A DNA stretch of 61,114 nt, the filler included, from Catajapyx aquilonaris (Eukaryota), in NCBI GenBank assembly GCA_000934665.2. It is 4 parts of 4 records of this genome, joined end to end, with 100 filler letters (N's around TTAATTAATTAA, not from the genome) between each part and the next. Parts side by side here need not be neighbours in the genome. Positions count along the whole stretch, not along the records: positions 45,948 to 61,114 come from JYFJ02007589.1; 3 more parts are not named here. One strand, 5' to 3'. This document shows, piece by piece, positions 48,958 through 61,114 of the stretch. Both the position numbers and the translations under genes were made by a program. How positions within the stretch are numbered: position 1 is the stretch's first letter; each line of letters opens with the position of its first letter. Under the pieces are notes generated by a model. It was given only the letters and a program-made list of their open reading frames with translations, was not told the origin of the DNA and ran no database searches.

Positions 48958-49080
48958 ATGCTTGCTAAAATGTTGGATTGGGCAACATTGTATAAGGAAC
49001 TGTGGCAGACCAGTAAAACTAGTGCAGGACGCGAGTACTTTCGAGGGTACTTTAGAATGTCACCCCAACTGTTTGATATC
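48958..49080 (+). mobile_element. PIF/Harbinger transposase N-terminal relic
   Basis: LYKEL...EYFRGYFRMSPQLFD. Confidence 0.6.
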
Positions 49081-51130
49081 CGATCCAATCATCATTCGGA
49101 CCTGCACCCGCAATGCATACTAACTCAATGTGTACCTTCTGTGTACTTGTACAGGGCAGGGAGGCCCGCTGTCACCATTGTGCCAGTGCTGGAGGTGCTA
49201 CCAGCCAGACCAAGCAGAGATCACATTCTACCCATGAGTGTCAATGAGATTCTATACACAGATGTAGGCCACTATATTGTCAGATAAATGGCCCTAAATA
49301 AGGTCTCATAAACCGGGAGCTGCGTGGATAATTGCCTAAATAAATGACGGATAGCCATGAGATCATACACCATACATGGGAACTGCCATACGCGTCAGAG
49401 ATGACTCCCAAAGGTACTTGGAATGACCACTTGATCAGGCAAAGGAAGTGTTGCACGATAGTGTGGCCACTTTCCCTGACTATGTGTGATCTCAGCTACC
49501 AATTCACCTTAAGGGGGAATTGCGGCAATTTATGTCGAGCTTTGAGGTGACCCGAGGATCCGGTTCACCTCAATACAAATACGTCATACGGAGGCAGAGA
49601 CGCACGCTTACCTGGCCACATCTGGATTTCGACTCATGTTGGGCAATAGAATTCACGCTAATTTCACCTACTGCAGGTAACCTATGGTGCAATGACTTTT
49701 GCGAAAGACGTCAAAAGGCTGGTATAAAAGGCTATTGTGAGATAGACTCGAGGTCTATCTGGTTACAACTATCGTCACGTTTTGCACCACGCTGGGAATG
49801 GGAACCAGCTGCCTGCCTGCCAATTATCAGTACTGAGGGTGAGATGCACAACCCAGTTTGGGGGTGAATATTAGTGCCTTGTTCCATCCTGTTGAACTAG
49901 CTACCCAACTTGTTCGTCTTGTCTGTAACTGAAGTATGAGAACCTGTTCGGTGTCCCTGTTACTGAATAAACAACTCTTGGAGGCGTTGGAACTGATGTT
50001 AGTGCACTGATTTGTATTACCTGCTTCGATTGACTGATCTCGACTGGATTTTTGGTACAATTCAAAGCTGTTGAGTTATGTACCCCCTTTTTGTTGGAAA
50101 ATTAACAACAATCTGATAATATCTACAGAGTGTAATTTGATGCACTGCAAGTCTGGGTGACCACCGGTGGCTCGACAGTCCTGCTGTTCTGATAGAGGCT
50201 GCCAAGTGACGCGTTGTTGGGTGAACCGTTGCAGAGTTGAGACGGGCTCTTCTGATTGAGTTATCAAATTTTGTTGTCCGACTTGGTAGTTTAATATAAT
50301 ACTTTTACTTAATTCCACTTCAGTAGCCTTCTCCGCAAAAAATTAAAAACTATCTGACTGGCTGTTCACTCTCCACGTGAGAAGTCTCACTTTCACATTC
50401 CAAGCATTTTGCATATGGCCAATATGGGACATCTAACGAAAGGACCAATGAGAGTGCAACTATCTAGCCAGAAAACCCAGCCGCAGAAAAGTCCACGAAT
50501 TGTGCTAACGGCAACACCAACAACCGTAAGCCACATTGCACACAATGGACACTCACTCCGCGGTCACACACCGGAAGAGGAGAATTAACTTAATGAGAAT
50601 CTATCACGCAGTAAGGCGTGATATCCTCAATGAACCAAAACACGGGAATATAAAGGCAGCTGCAACGCATGTCATCATTGCAGCAGGTACAAAGCCAGAA
50701 AATGCTTAGTCCATTACAAAGTAGCAAATACCTTTAAACAATACTGAATGAGACCAACAGACCATTAGAGAGCCAGGGAAACAGCTTCCTCTGTCCGCAT
50801 TGACCTTTTACTATTCAGTAAGACGATGGTGCCTCCAGTTTGTATACGGAAAAGACTTGGATCCCATGCACAATGCCATAGCCATGGCATGTATGTTGGC
50901 TACCCTGGCCGGCGGCAAGGGGGATACCCTGGGGGAGAGAGAGGGGTGAAGGGCAGGAGGAGAAAGTGTAAGGAGCGAATAAAGGAGCGTAAGTGATCAT
51001 TACCTTTGTACTTATTATTGGAACCCTCCTGAGGAGTATGGATCAGGCCTTGCCCTAGAGGTAAGTAACGAAGGGGCCTGACAACAATCAAATGAGTAGG
51101 TAACAAGTCAATCCATAGAAAAATAGGTCC

Positions 51131-51340
51131 ATGCAGATGACTCCAGAGCATTATGACCAGTTCTTGTCACTTGTGAGGCCATGCATCACCAAACAAGACA
51201 CGAATTACAGAAGTGCCATCCCAGCTTCAGACCGACTGAACTTGAGTATTACCATTTTATCCCTGGCCCATGCCGCTGATTATGAGACGGTCAGTTTCGG
51301 TTTCCTCAGTAGTTAGACAAGCAATTCACGCATAATCTGC
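51131..51340 (+). mobile_element. PIF/Harbinger transposase relic
   Basis: MTPEHYDQFLSLVRPCITKQDTNYRSAIPASDRL...LAHAADY. Confidence 0.7.
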
Positions 51341-52159
51341 AGATAAATCAGGCGTTAATATTACCTGTTGTCTCATCACTGTGAGAACTGCAGGTGTAGT
51401 GCAACATGGTCACTGATGGAGGTGGATGGACAGTCATCCAGAGCAACGTCAAACAACAACAAACAGTAAGGGATGCTGCAACAATTGCTACATGCCCTAA
51501 TTTGCATGTGTTACACTTAATACAGTTATTAGTATTGCAACTGTAAAATAGGTGGTCTGGCGATTGCCTCTGTACAGAAATGGACCAAGCTACTGAAACC
51601 TCGGAACAACCTTGGAACCTCCGAGGGGTGGACAGGAATTGACACATGAATTACAGCATTAATACACCTCAATTTGAGTCACTTTCCAGTGAAAGGTCAG
51701 TGAACTGCCACATATGCTCCATAGAATGGCAGGTGTGTGAACTTTCTCAGGGCAATATCTTCCTAATGGCTGAGAGAGTAACGAGCATATCGGAAGGGAA
51801 ACATGGAGATTGCTCATAGTTCACTGACCACACACAGAAACTGGTTCCATCCTTGCCTCTCCCACTGCTGTGTCTGATACAGATATACCTGCTGGGTACT
51901 GACATAACTCATAGTGCAAGATCAATACAAGTGGAGGCAGCTGGACAGTCCTCCAGAGATGAGACCACAAATTTCCTGACCCTGTCAAGGACTAAAAATT
52001 TCCTGTAGAACATCTGGCTGTCTCAAAGGATGGCTGTAACCAAGCGAAACCAGTGAAAATTCTATGGGGGCCTAGTAAAAGTGTACTACCAAAGATGGGC
52101 CAAACAAAAAGGTTCAGACCTAACAGTACAGTGGGATTACCTGGGACAAAATTAAAACA

Positions 52160-52262
52160 CACCATTTATGTTAATGTGAACTGCCCAGCAGCCTTCAGGG
52201 AGGACAATACGTTCATGGGTGGAATTTACATGCTTGACCATGAAACAGCATTGTACAAGTAG
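52160..52262 (+). mobile_element. piggyBac transposase relic
   Basis: VNCPAAFREDNTFMGGIYMLDH resembles the P....YN..MGGVD..D motif. Confidence 0.55.
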
Positions 52263-55200
52263 TCTCAGCTCCCACTGACAGCAACTCAAAAAATTTTAAC
52301 TATCAGAGTGGAACTGGTTGACATATATAGTTGCTGTACCATTGACACTGCAGGCTACTTGGCAGATCAAGGTCAGCACAATTGTTCAAATGTGGTTCTT
52401 GGAATTTCTTTGGGATGGCTGTAAGTGATGCTACTAATGAGTTTGCATACTGCTTTGTTAACCCTGGTTGCTATGGGTTGATCGCAACATGGTCGCCTGA
52501 CATTTTGAATCTATGAATTTCATTACCTCTTTTCCCATAGCCCACACACAATACTATTTCAGACAAGATGGCCCAGGACATCTGAACCTTAGAGAACCTC
52601 AAAGATGCAGACATAAATTGATAGATGCAGAGGAAACATGACCAACCAGCCCATGCGAATTTCCCACATGTGACTTGTTCTTTGAGCAAGTTGTTCCATC
52701 ACTCAGGCAGGAACAAGGACGTCTAGTCATCTTGAACGATGGTGGCAACCAGACCGATGGGTCTTCTTCCCAACTGCTACCCTCACGTTGTCCCCGCCAG
52801 TACCCCGCAAGGGATCTCTTGATGGTTGGGGGATTGAAGCCCTTCCCTTCCCTCCTTCCCACAGGCCTCCTCCTCCTCATGCCATCCACCAGGTCCTTCC
52901 ATACTAGTCACAGGCAGGAGCATTGGCTTTGTACATCAGTCACATGTGATTCTATAGGCAAGGTTGGTTATGTACCTTCATCATCTCGCACGGCTTTTCC
53001 CAAAGGCCTGGGGTTGCCAGTGGATAACTAGGTGGTCGTCACTCCCCTCACATAACCATTATTTACAAATTCTCGAGCCTGGTCAGGGACTCGCAAAAAA
53101 TGGGGAGAGAAATGCAACAGAGTGCCAAATGGTCAGGTTACGCTGGGTTGTTGACTTCTGCGGTGTCCCTGGAGACATCCAACCCCAAAGGATGGGTGAG
53201 GCAGGAGTGCCATCTCACTGCTGAGTTGTTGGCACACTGTCGCGGTGCACGGAACAAAGGAGGGTAGCAAAGCCTCCAGGGTTTCGTTTGGAATGCCTTC
53301 TACTTGCCGAATCATTGCCAACCGGTATAGCATACGATATAAAACCCAGATGTGATGCTGCATGGATGTGCCCTTTCCAAGCTGCAAAAAAAGAAAGCAC
53401 GTATTAATTTCCAATTTATACCACACATTCAGGACATTAGAAAAATGGCAATCACAACACCTAGCATCCGAATGTCATAAAATATTTTATCAACACCCCA
53501 TTTCTCCTTTAAAAAAATACGTCCAAGCCATGTTACTTTTGTGGCAAAATCAATGCAAAAATCTGTTACTGGCTAACACTGGACACTTGTTGAATTTCTG
53601 ACGAAGTGGCTAACACATGCTACAGAACAAGAACACATCCGTGCAATGGCTGGTGTGTCTCAAAATAAGTACCTTATTACGCTACACCCATACCATTCAG
53701 CGACGGGATTATGTCCAGCACTGCACTGGAAGGTTCGAAGTCTCCGCTCATGCTCGGCCTTCCCCTACCCATCGCATGGACTCGAAACTGCAGCATCGCA
53801 AAACTGATTTCCCAGCTGACCTTCACACTATGGACTGTTTACGCCTTCATGATTTGCGGCTCGATCGCACAACCAGACGCTTTGCGATGGACAAAAATGG
53901 GTTCCCCTAGGTCCAGTTGGAACTACTGGAAGCATGTGACCATTTCCGTTTGCGATGATATCGGTCGGTTTGGTGGTCACATTCCTCCAGTTGTTCCGAC
54001 CAGACCGAGGGGAGCCAATTTATGTCGCAAAGTGACCGAGGCTGTAATCGTGAGGGCATCAACAGGCCCCTACGAAAATTAACAATCTGCATACCCCCCC
54101 CTTTTAAAAATAATTTGCACTATTACAGTACGATAATTGCAAATTAAACTCTTCTTTTTTAATCCCAAAAATTAAGGCAGTAATTCCCCCCCATCCCGCA
54201 ACCTGCTTCATCAGGCAGGCACTTTTGGCATTCCAAATCCCACCCTAGCCACCTTCAGCGGGCTCAACAACAAGCCGCTTACTCAACCATACTCTCCCCC
54301 TTCTAAATGCATGGCCCTTGAAGCTCACCTGGGCTTCTCCCCTGTCCAGCTGGGGGCTGCAGACTAGGCGGATGTGGCCTGGGGCCGGCAGGCAGGACCA
54401 GGCCGACAGACAGGCGACGGAGCAAGCCGCATCTTGCCCCAACATCATTCTGAGGCGAATAGAATGAGAAGAAAGAGAGAGCAGACAGCGCCAGACGCTT
54501 CCCGCAGCGGGAAGGAGGAGAACTACTTAGAATATGGAGGTTCCGTCAACCCGCAGTAACACCGCCATCTTTGGTCCGTGCAAACTGAATGGGAACAAAC
54601 ATGGCGGCTCCCTCCCGGGAGGCCAAACTCTCTCCAAGGCTTACACCTTCCCCCTCTATCTTGCCCCTCCATGATCTTGCCCCCTCTTTGTTTCTCCGTC
54701 AGGTGGCCAACAAACTTGACCTCTTGGCCTCTTGAGCACGGTCTTGGGCGTGGGTCAAGAGCGTTTGCCTGGGTGAGGTGCTGGGCCGGTGTGGTAAGAG
54801 GTACCTCTGCGGGGACCCCGACATGGACACCATTGACCGCTGCTGTACTGGGCTGTACTGCCGTACAGCAGCGGTCAATGCATCGCACTTCCTGCGACGG
54901 GCCGAGAAATGACGATCCTTGCCGGTGTTGGTGGGGGGGCAGGTAACAGACCCCTTCTTCTTCTTCTTCTTCTCATGGCCGACCGCTGCAGGTCCAAGTT
55001 GGAGGGTTGATACAAGGTTGATGCGTCGTTTCCAAAACGGAAACGAGGACATTTTGACGCCACCACCCGGAACACGACACACAGTGTGTGATATCAGAAA
55101 AAAAAAAAATCGAAAATGATAGCTCCTCAACTAACCGTCTTAAGTACGTAAAACACATGCCCCATGTTTTAAGGGTCGCTGATTTCAATTTTTAGGTTAT

Positions 55201-56239
55201 TTTGAACCTGGACGTACAAGTTGTACCAAAGATTCGCCATGAAATTTAAGAACTTATGGGTCATTCCATGTCAGTTGGGCACCCTTTGTACCATTGATGT
55301 GGCGGATTTGAATAATATTCGTAGGTTATGGCGACCTAGCGCTGCTAAAACATTGTACCGAAGCGTTTTGAAATTTTTTGATTTTTACCCGTTTTTTGGG
55401 GGGTGGTAATATATTTTGAGCCTTTTCTTTGAGAGCCATTTTTCTTTTGGCTGTTTCTCCGCAACTAATCGTGAGACAGATGTGCTTTTGATATCAATTT
55501 ACTCAGAAAGGTTCATATGACCATATTCTATGGTTAATTTTAAAATTTAAAATTTTTTGCGTTAAAAAAATTGAAATTGCAAATTTTAAACATTTAATTT
55601 TCATTATTATACTTTTTTTTCGCTGGTTTTCACGTATGTTGTAGCCCTACATGTGAACTACATGTGGCCATATCGGTCCTGTTGGCTAGTATTAATACTA
55701 AGGAAGATTGGGCCTCTTAAGTGAGACCCCCTCCATATAATTATGTCGTCATTATGATGGGTACACCCAACATGCAAATCGCCCCACCTTGCTCAGTGCA
55801 AATGTTGATATTCCAGTTGGGATAATCACTGGTGAGAGTACGACACATGTAAGACTCCTTTGGTAGCCCACACCCCCCTCCCCAAGCAAACCCACGCCTC
55901 CCACCCCACAATAAACACAAATTGATTTGTCAGTTTGGCCCCGTTTGGACCCTTCATGTATATAATGTATATAAATTATTTGAATAATTATTATTCAGAT
56001 TCAGAGGATACCTGTCAGCCAGGTGAAACGGAGTGAAAGAGGCACCCACTACATAGTGGCAGGAACTGCTGAGCTCATTCAGTTCCAGCTTCCAACTTCT
56101 GCAACTGCTGCTCCCGCCCTATTGTGAGCCCTATGCCATATTGTATAGGTAATGATTTTTCCATGTAGGCCTGCAAGTAACTATAAAACATTAAGTCCAT
56201 CAACCTATGTGTGAAGTTTGACCGTGATATTTTGGATAG

Positions 56240-58171
56240 GATGTGGCGACATACTTCCGCCCAGTACCTTCAGGCAGAGTCCAGGCGACAGCGTATCTGA
56301 GGATACCTGTCAGCCAGGTGAAACGGAGTGAAAGAGGCACCCACTACATAGTGGCAGGAACTGCTCAGCTAATTCAGTTCCAGCTTCCAACATCTGCAAC
56401 TGCTGCTCCCGCCCTACAACACGAGAAGGAGGTGATTGATCTCACCGGGGACGACGACGACAATGATATGGCAGGATATGGTCAGTTTTTTCCCCCCAGT
56501 TATTTTATGAGCCTACATATTTTGGACCATTTGATTTTTGATTGGATCCAATCAGAATTCAGCAGATTCCGCATAATTTAAAAAAATAGGTTAAATCACC
56601 TTTTTACAAGTAGTACTGTAGCTCAAATATTGTACATGTCTAATTACTTTGGCAAAGTTGAAAGCAAGACATTTCTCATCGGCGATCAAATTATTTGACG
56701 CCCAAGTGGCTCCTGTAATTATGTATGGGGCGGAAGTATGGTCATTACCGTATTTACAAGAAATCAATCAAGCCCAACTGTACTTTATTAAAAAGTTTCT
56801 CAGACTACCAAAAACGACGGCGAATTATATTGTCTATCTAGAATCTGGCAGACGCCCTCTTGAAGTAAATGTAGCTAAAGCTGTTCTGAGATTCCTGATA
56901 AGGATAGAGGGTATGCCAGAGACTAGGCTAACGAAAATGGCCTATAACTATATGATAAGATCTGATACACCCCACCAAACAATTATGTGGAAGGAACAAG
57001 TAGACAAATATATATTTAAGCCTATGGGGATATCATGGCAGTATTGGAATAGAGGCCCGCGAGAAAGATCCCCACCATTACAGTTACTTCAGGTATTCAA
57101 AGATAGCTCGATACAGGACGACCACTCAAAATTGGCAAATTCAATTAGGAACAGATATTATTCGAACCTTAATCCAACACATTTGGGCCAGCCTTATATA
57201 AACATGCAATTTCCGCTCCATCTTCTCCGGCTTTGGGTTAATCTAAGATGTAATTACTTGTATTTATGGTGTGATGGGTACAGGTTGAACTGGGTGGGGG
57301 AGGAGCAGTGCTCATTATGTAATCAGGAGGAAACATTTGATTTATACCATCTTATTTATGAATGCCCATTTTTCAAAACTCCCCGTGTTCAATATTTATA
57401 TGATGTTAAAAGGGTTCCCGTCGAAAAGGTCCATACTCTATTCAACTCCTATGATACCCACCTTATGCAGAAGGTATTTTCCTTTTTAAGAGCAGTGGTN
57501 CCCCCCCCCAACGTTAATTATTGTTGCCTCGTCATTGTTTATTACTTGCTGAGCGTTATGTTTTTGTTTTATTGATAGTGTACTGAATGATTATGTAACA
57601 GGCGAAGCCCCAAAAGGACCTTGGGTTCACTGGGTTCAATAAATACAAATACAAATACAAATATTGTACATGAATAAACACGTCGCCTGATTTACATTCC
57701 TTGTCTTTACGACGAATATTGTTACGTAAATGTTGCCTAAAGTGTCAGAGGTCCTCTTGTCATTGCAGATGGTGGAAGGGACAGGCAGGCAAAAGAAAAA
57801 GGTCTCATTCATGAACAGGCAAGTATTGTAGTATTCAATGTTTAAAATATGTTCATAGTATTCAGTGTTTAAAATATTCGGCATTAAAAACAGCAATACT
57901 TTTGGGAAATTTTTGCAACTTATACCTCATTCACTTACATTATAAATTTGTCACGTTTTACTGCTGAGAACGGATTGTTTTAATGTGTCTTTAAGATCTA
58001 TTATGTATGTGCCAATACATTAATGTGGAGGAAATATTGTTCCAGCGAGGTGAAGCAGGCGGAGAGGTGGCCGTCAGGACGGAGGTGGACGGTGGCCAAA
58101 TCTGCTGGGTGTGTGATAGGCCCTTCAACAGGGCGGCGGCGCTGGACAGACACCTCGCCACTCACAAATGA
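56240..58171 (+). CDS. 3' part of an unidentified gene with a SUMO-interacting motif and one terminal C2H2 finger (exons 56240-56480, 57769-57818, 58046-58171)
   Basis: EVIDLTGDDDD; CWVCDRPFNRAAALDRHLATHK*; phases match using a CAG|GCAAGT donor; AATAAA downstream. Confidence 0.5.
56639..57657 (+). mobile_element. Young 5'-truncated LINE (same group as 9766-14154)
   Basis: Open frame KLFDAQVAPVIMYGAEVW...ESGRRPL...CSLCNQEETFDLYHLIYECP; (AAATAC)n tail; 15-bp TSD CAAATATTGTACATG (56624-56638 and 57658-57672). Confidence 0.92.
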
Positions 58172-58915
58172 ATAATATTTTTGATTCTTTTTTTTTGGCT
58201 TTTTTTTGGCAGCGCTGAATAAAATTAAAATAAAATTAATAAATACTTAAAAACAGGTTTATTTCATTTTAGAATTTATAATCAATGGCATGAAGGTTGT
58301 TGACCTATGGAGGAATCGAATAAATCGGAATTAAACACATGGGGGGGGGGGGGCGTCCTGTCCTGGAATGACCCCGAGAGAGGCGTGACTTTTCCATAGG
58401 AAAGTTGGTTTGCNGGGGGGCGTCCTGTCCTGGAATGACCCCGAGAGAGGCGTGACTTTTCCATAGGAAAGTTGGTTTGCAGCTTTGCACAGGTGAGTAG
58501 GCGGTGATCGAAGAAGCAGGTGAATGGGGAAAGGAGGCGCTTAGCCCTTAGGGGTGAACCCTCCTGCCAGGGGTCTACCCCCAGCCCTCCCAACACTGTC
58601 TTTCAGGAAAGGGGGGACGAGAAGGTCAATTAGCTCCCTTGCACCGAGTGGATGGGAGTCAGTTCACACGTGACTGACTTATTTACGCAGCCATGTGGGG
58701 GTCAAACCCTCTGGCTTTTGGGGTCTGTGATCACCCAACCACACGGTATAACTTGGGCATATAGCACATGAAGCTCCAGTAGGGTCTCTAAAGAGCCCAT
58801 TACGCTACACTTTTTTAAAAAAAAGCCCTTACACTGTTCCGCAAAAATAGACGAAAAAGTACCAAAAAACGGAATTTTTTCCATAAAAAGGACACTGGAA
58901 AACCTACAGTTTCTA

Positions 58916-59308
58916 CAGGGTGGTCCAACTTCAAGTGTCGTTTATAACGGCTATTTATAGAAGCGCTTTACGATTATCGTAGCAGCCACGTGTAAAATAG
59001 CCCATTTCGGCGCCATCGAAAATATTAGCTGTGTTTCGTTTACAGGATTCCCCCTTGCATTACAGGCTCATGGTCCATCTGGTGCCTTGGACGTCACCTA
59101 TTTCACCCAGGCGCATCGCAGGTCATGTGTGCACCTCCTTTTTTCCAGGTCAACCCAGCGGCAGGGTTGATTACATGTGTTCTGCTATTGGCAGCTAATA
59201 TTTTCGATGGCGCCGAAGTGGGACATTTTGCACGTCGCTGCTACGTCATCGCAAAATCACTGCTATTAATCGCCGTTATAAAACGACACTTGAAGTTGGA
59301 CCACCCTG
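58916..59308. mobile_element. Tc1/mariner-type MITE
   Basis: TIR CAGGGTGGTCCAACTTCAAGTGTCGTTT extending imperfectly to ~115 bp; TA TSD. Confidence 0.88.
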
Positions 59309-60402
59309 TATAAAAGATTGACTTTAATATTAGTTTCATCCCACCTCCTATATTCATAGGCAACTCGTACGGTATAATAAAGTCAGTTATATTTGGGAAA
59401 AATTGGGGTTTCAAATCTGCAGGTGTCTGAAGTGTACTACAATAACGCTATTTATCATAATTGTAGTTACGCTGCTGCATCCTCGTCTCCGCAAGAAAAT
59501 CTTTTCAAAGTAGTGGTCTGGTGTGCGACGTTCCGTCATACAAGTGCGAGTGCATTTCTCGGAGATCGCAATGTTCCAATTTAATAAATTATTTTCTTGC
59601 TGCTAGCACTGTTTTATGCTGTAATAGGGATGAATTTCCACAACCGGGTCAAACAATACGTAAATCTATGGAACTCCAACAGCGAAATAATCCCGGTCGA
59701 TTAAAACCCGTCGAAAAAACGACGGGTTACGCCACTCTACAAAAATCACATCGAATGATCGATGGGATGGATGAAGTTCCCATCGTTCCGTTCCTCTGCT
59801 TATAAGGCGGCCATGACAGGCAGGTCCGTTCCTGCCTGTCATGGCCGCCAATTAGGAACAACTGAATAAATAAAATAACAACTAATAAATTGTCATGAAA
59901 TTATCCGTTATTAATAAAAATCACGTTCTGCTACCCAGGGTAACCTACATGGTACCTACAAGGACGGCACTCATGTAGGTTACCCTGCTGCTACCTACAC
60001 ACATGAATCCTGTCACATATTGTCTCATTGGCTCGTACAAGGTACAAGGTCAGAGGAGAACAAAAGAGTATCTATCACAAAAACAAAAAGAATATGGCGC
60101 CGATTTGATTGGAATGAGAGCTTCTGCACTTGCTATCCTGCGTTCGGCGTCAGATCAGCCCCTAGTCCGCCCCCGAGTCTCTTTGCACAGGCCAGGTGAG
60201 TTCTGCCACCACATTGCTACATTTGAAATCATGTATACATGCACTGGAGTGCTGTTGCACTTCAACAATTGGACGTGCTTACTGGCATGTACTTGTTCAC
60301 CCTTTGTACAGCTATATGCACTGCTACATCATGGGCGAGGAAGCTCGTGCCTACCTGCAAAGACTGGCAGCGTTTTTGGCATCTGAGACCGTCAGGTAAC
60401 CG

Positions 60403-60562
60403 AAGGCCCATCCACACAGGCCGTCGACGGTTTTGGTTTTCGGTTGCGTTGACGCCGCGCACCTATCATGACCCATGTAAACAAGCTCTAAACAATGGGT
60501 TGCGCTTGTTTACATGAGTCATGATTGGTCCGCGGCGTCGACGGCCTGTGTGTACGGGCCTT
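60403..60562. mobile_element. PIF/Harbinger-type MITE
   Basis: TIR AAGGCCC.T.CACACAGGCCGTCGACG plus an internal ~35-bp inverted repeat. Confidence 0.75.
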
Positions 60563-60779
60563 TGTGCATCCATTTATTTGCCTATTATTATTATTATTAT
60601 TATTATTGATCTTTCCAGGGAACACAAGACGAGGGATCACCACATGAGGTGATACCTGGTGATACCAATTTCACCAGAGCCTCTGAGGAAAAAAAAGCAG
60701 GGGGGACGACATGCCTGAAGGCTTTCACAAGGCTAAGGAAACTTTGCAAAACCTTCAAAAGCAACTCCATGGAGCACAG

Positions 60780-60881
60780 GGACAGGACAAGTGGAGTATA
60801 TTTGGTGACTTCATTGCCAGTGAGCTGCGACAATGTCCTTACATGGATCTACAGATGGAGGCTAAAATGGACATAAGTGAC
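60780..60881 (+). other. BESS-like C-terminal motif (MADF/Harbinger accessory-protein type)
   Basis: DKWSIFGDFIASELRQ...QMEAKMDISD followed by gtaagt. Confidence 0.4.
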
Positions 60882-61114
60882 GTAAGTACGAATTTTATTA
60901 CAATCACCTGAAAAAACTGTATGGCGACAGGTGTAAAATTTGTTTTTCCGACACAGACTCATTTCTGGTGCACGTGACAGGGAGCGACGTGTACCAGGAC
61001 ATGTTGACACACAAAAACCTCTATGACCTGTCCGACTACCCCCCCCCCAATGACCCCCTCCATGACGTCACCAACAAGAAGGTTCCGGGGGTTTTCAAGG
61101 ACGAATTGCCTGCG
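60881..61114 (+). mobile_element. Protein-primed family B DNA polymerase fragment (Polinton/Maverick-like)
   Basis: YEFYYNHLKKLYGDRCKICFSDTDSFLVHV...YDLSDYP...NKKVPGVFKDE, open to the window end. Confidence 0.85.

Noticed and set aside
58348..58480. Exact 66-bp tandem duplication
   Set aside because: The copies are separated by a single N next to a G-run; most likely an unmerged scaffold overlap

Overview
Eukaryotic (arthropod-like, AT-rich, short-intron) genomic DNA. The window is not contiguous: four ~15.2-kb contigs (1-15207, 15308-30596, 30697-45847, 45948-61114) are joined by an artificial 100-bp spacer (N44-TTAATTAATTAA-N44). Contig 1 carries a minus-strand tandem array of ten phase-1 C-type lectin half-domain exons. 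Its introns are about 90% identical between copies, but the ligand-binding exons are highly divergent, mostly by non-synonymous change; this is the best candidate for a novel diversifying recognition system. The array is interrupted by a long inverted-repeat insertion and by a nested LINE containing a SINE and a Minos-like Tc1 element. Contig 2 holds the 3' end of an SLC17 transporter, an ACSF2-like acyl-CoA synthetase, an unusually divergent but intact CFAP20 copy and a decaying intron-containing TAF1 duplicate. Contig 3 is mostly MITEs/SINEs plus the first coding exon of a TMUB-like gene. Contig 4 holds transposase relics (hAT, Harbinger, piggyBac), a young 5'-truncated LINE, two unidentified spliced gene fragments (one with a SIM and a C2H2 finger) and a Polinton/Maverick-type protein-primed DNA polymerase fragment at the window end. 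All family calls come from motif recognition by eye; no searches were run.
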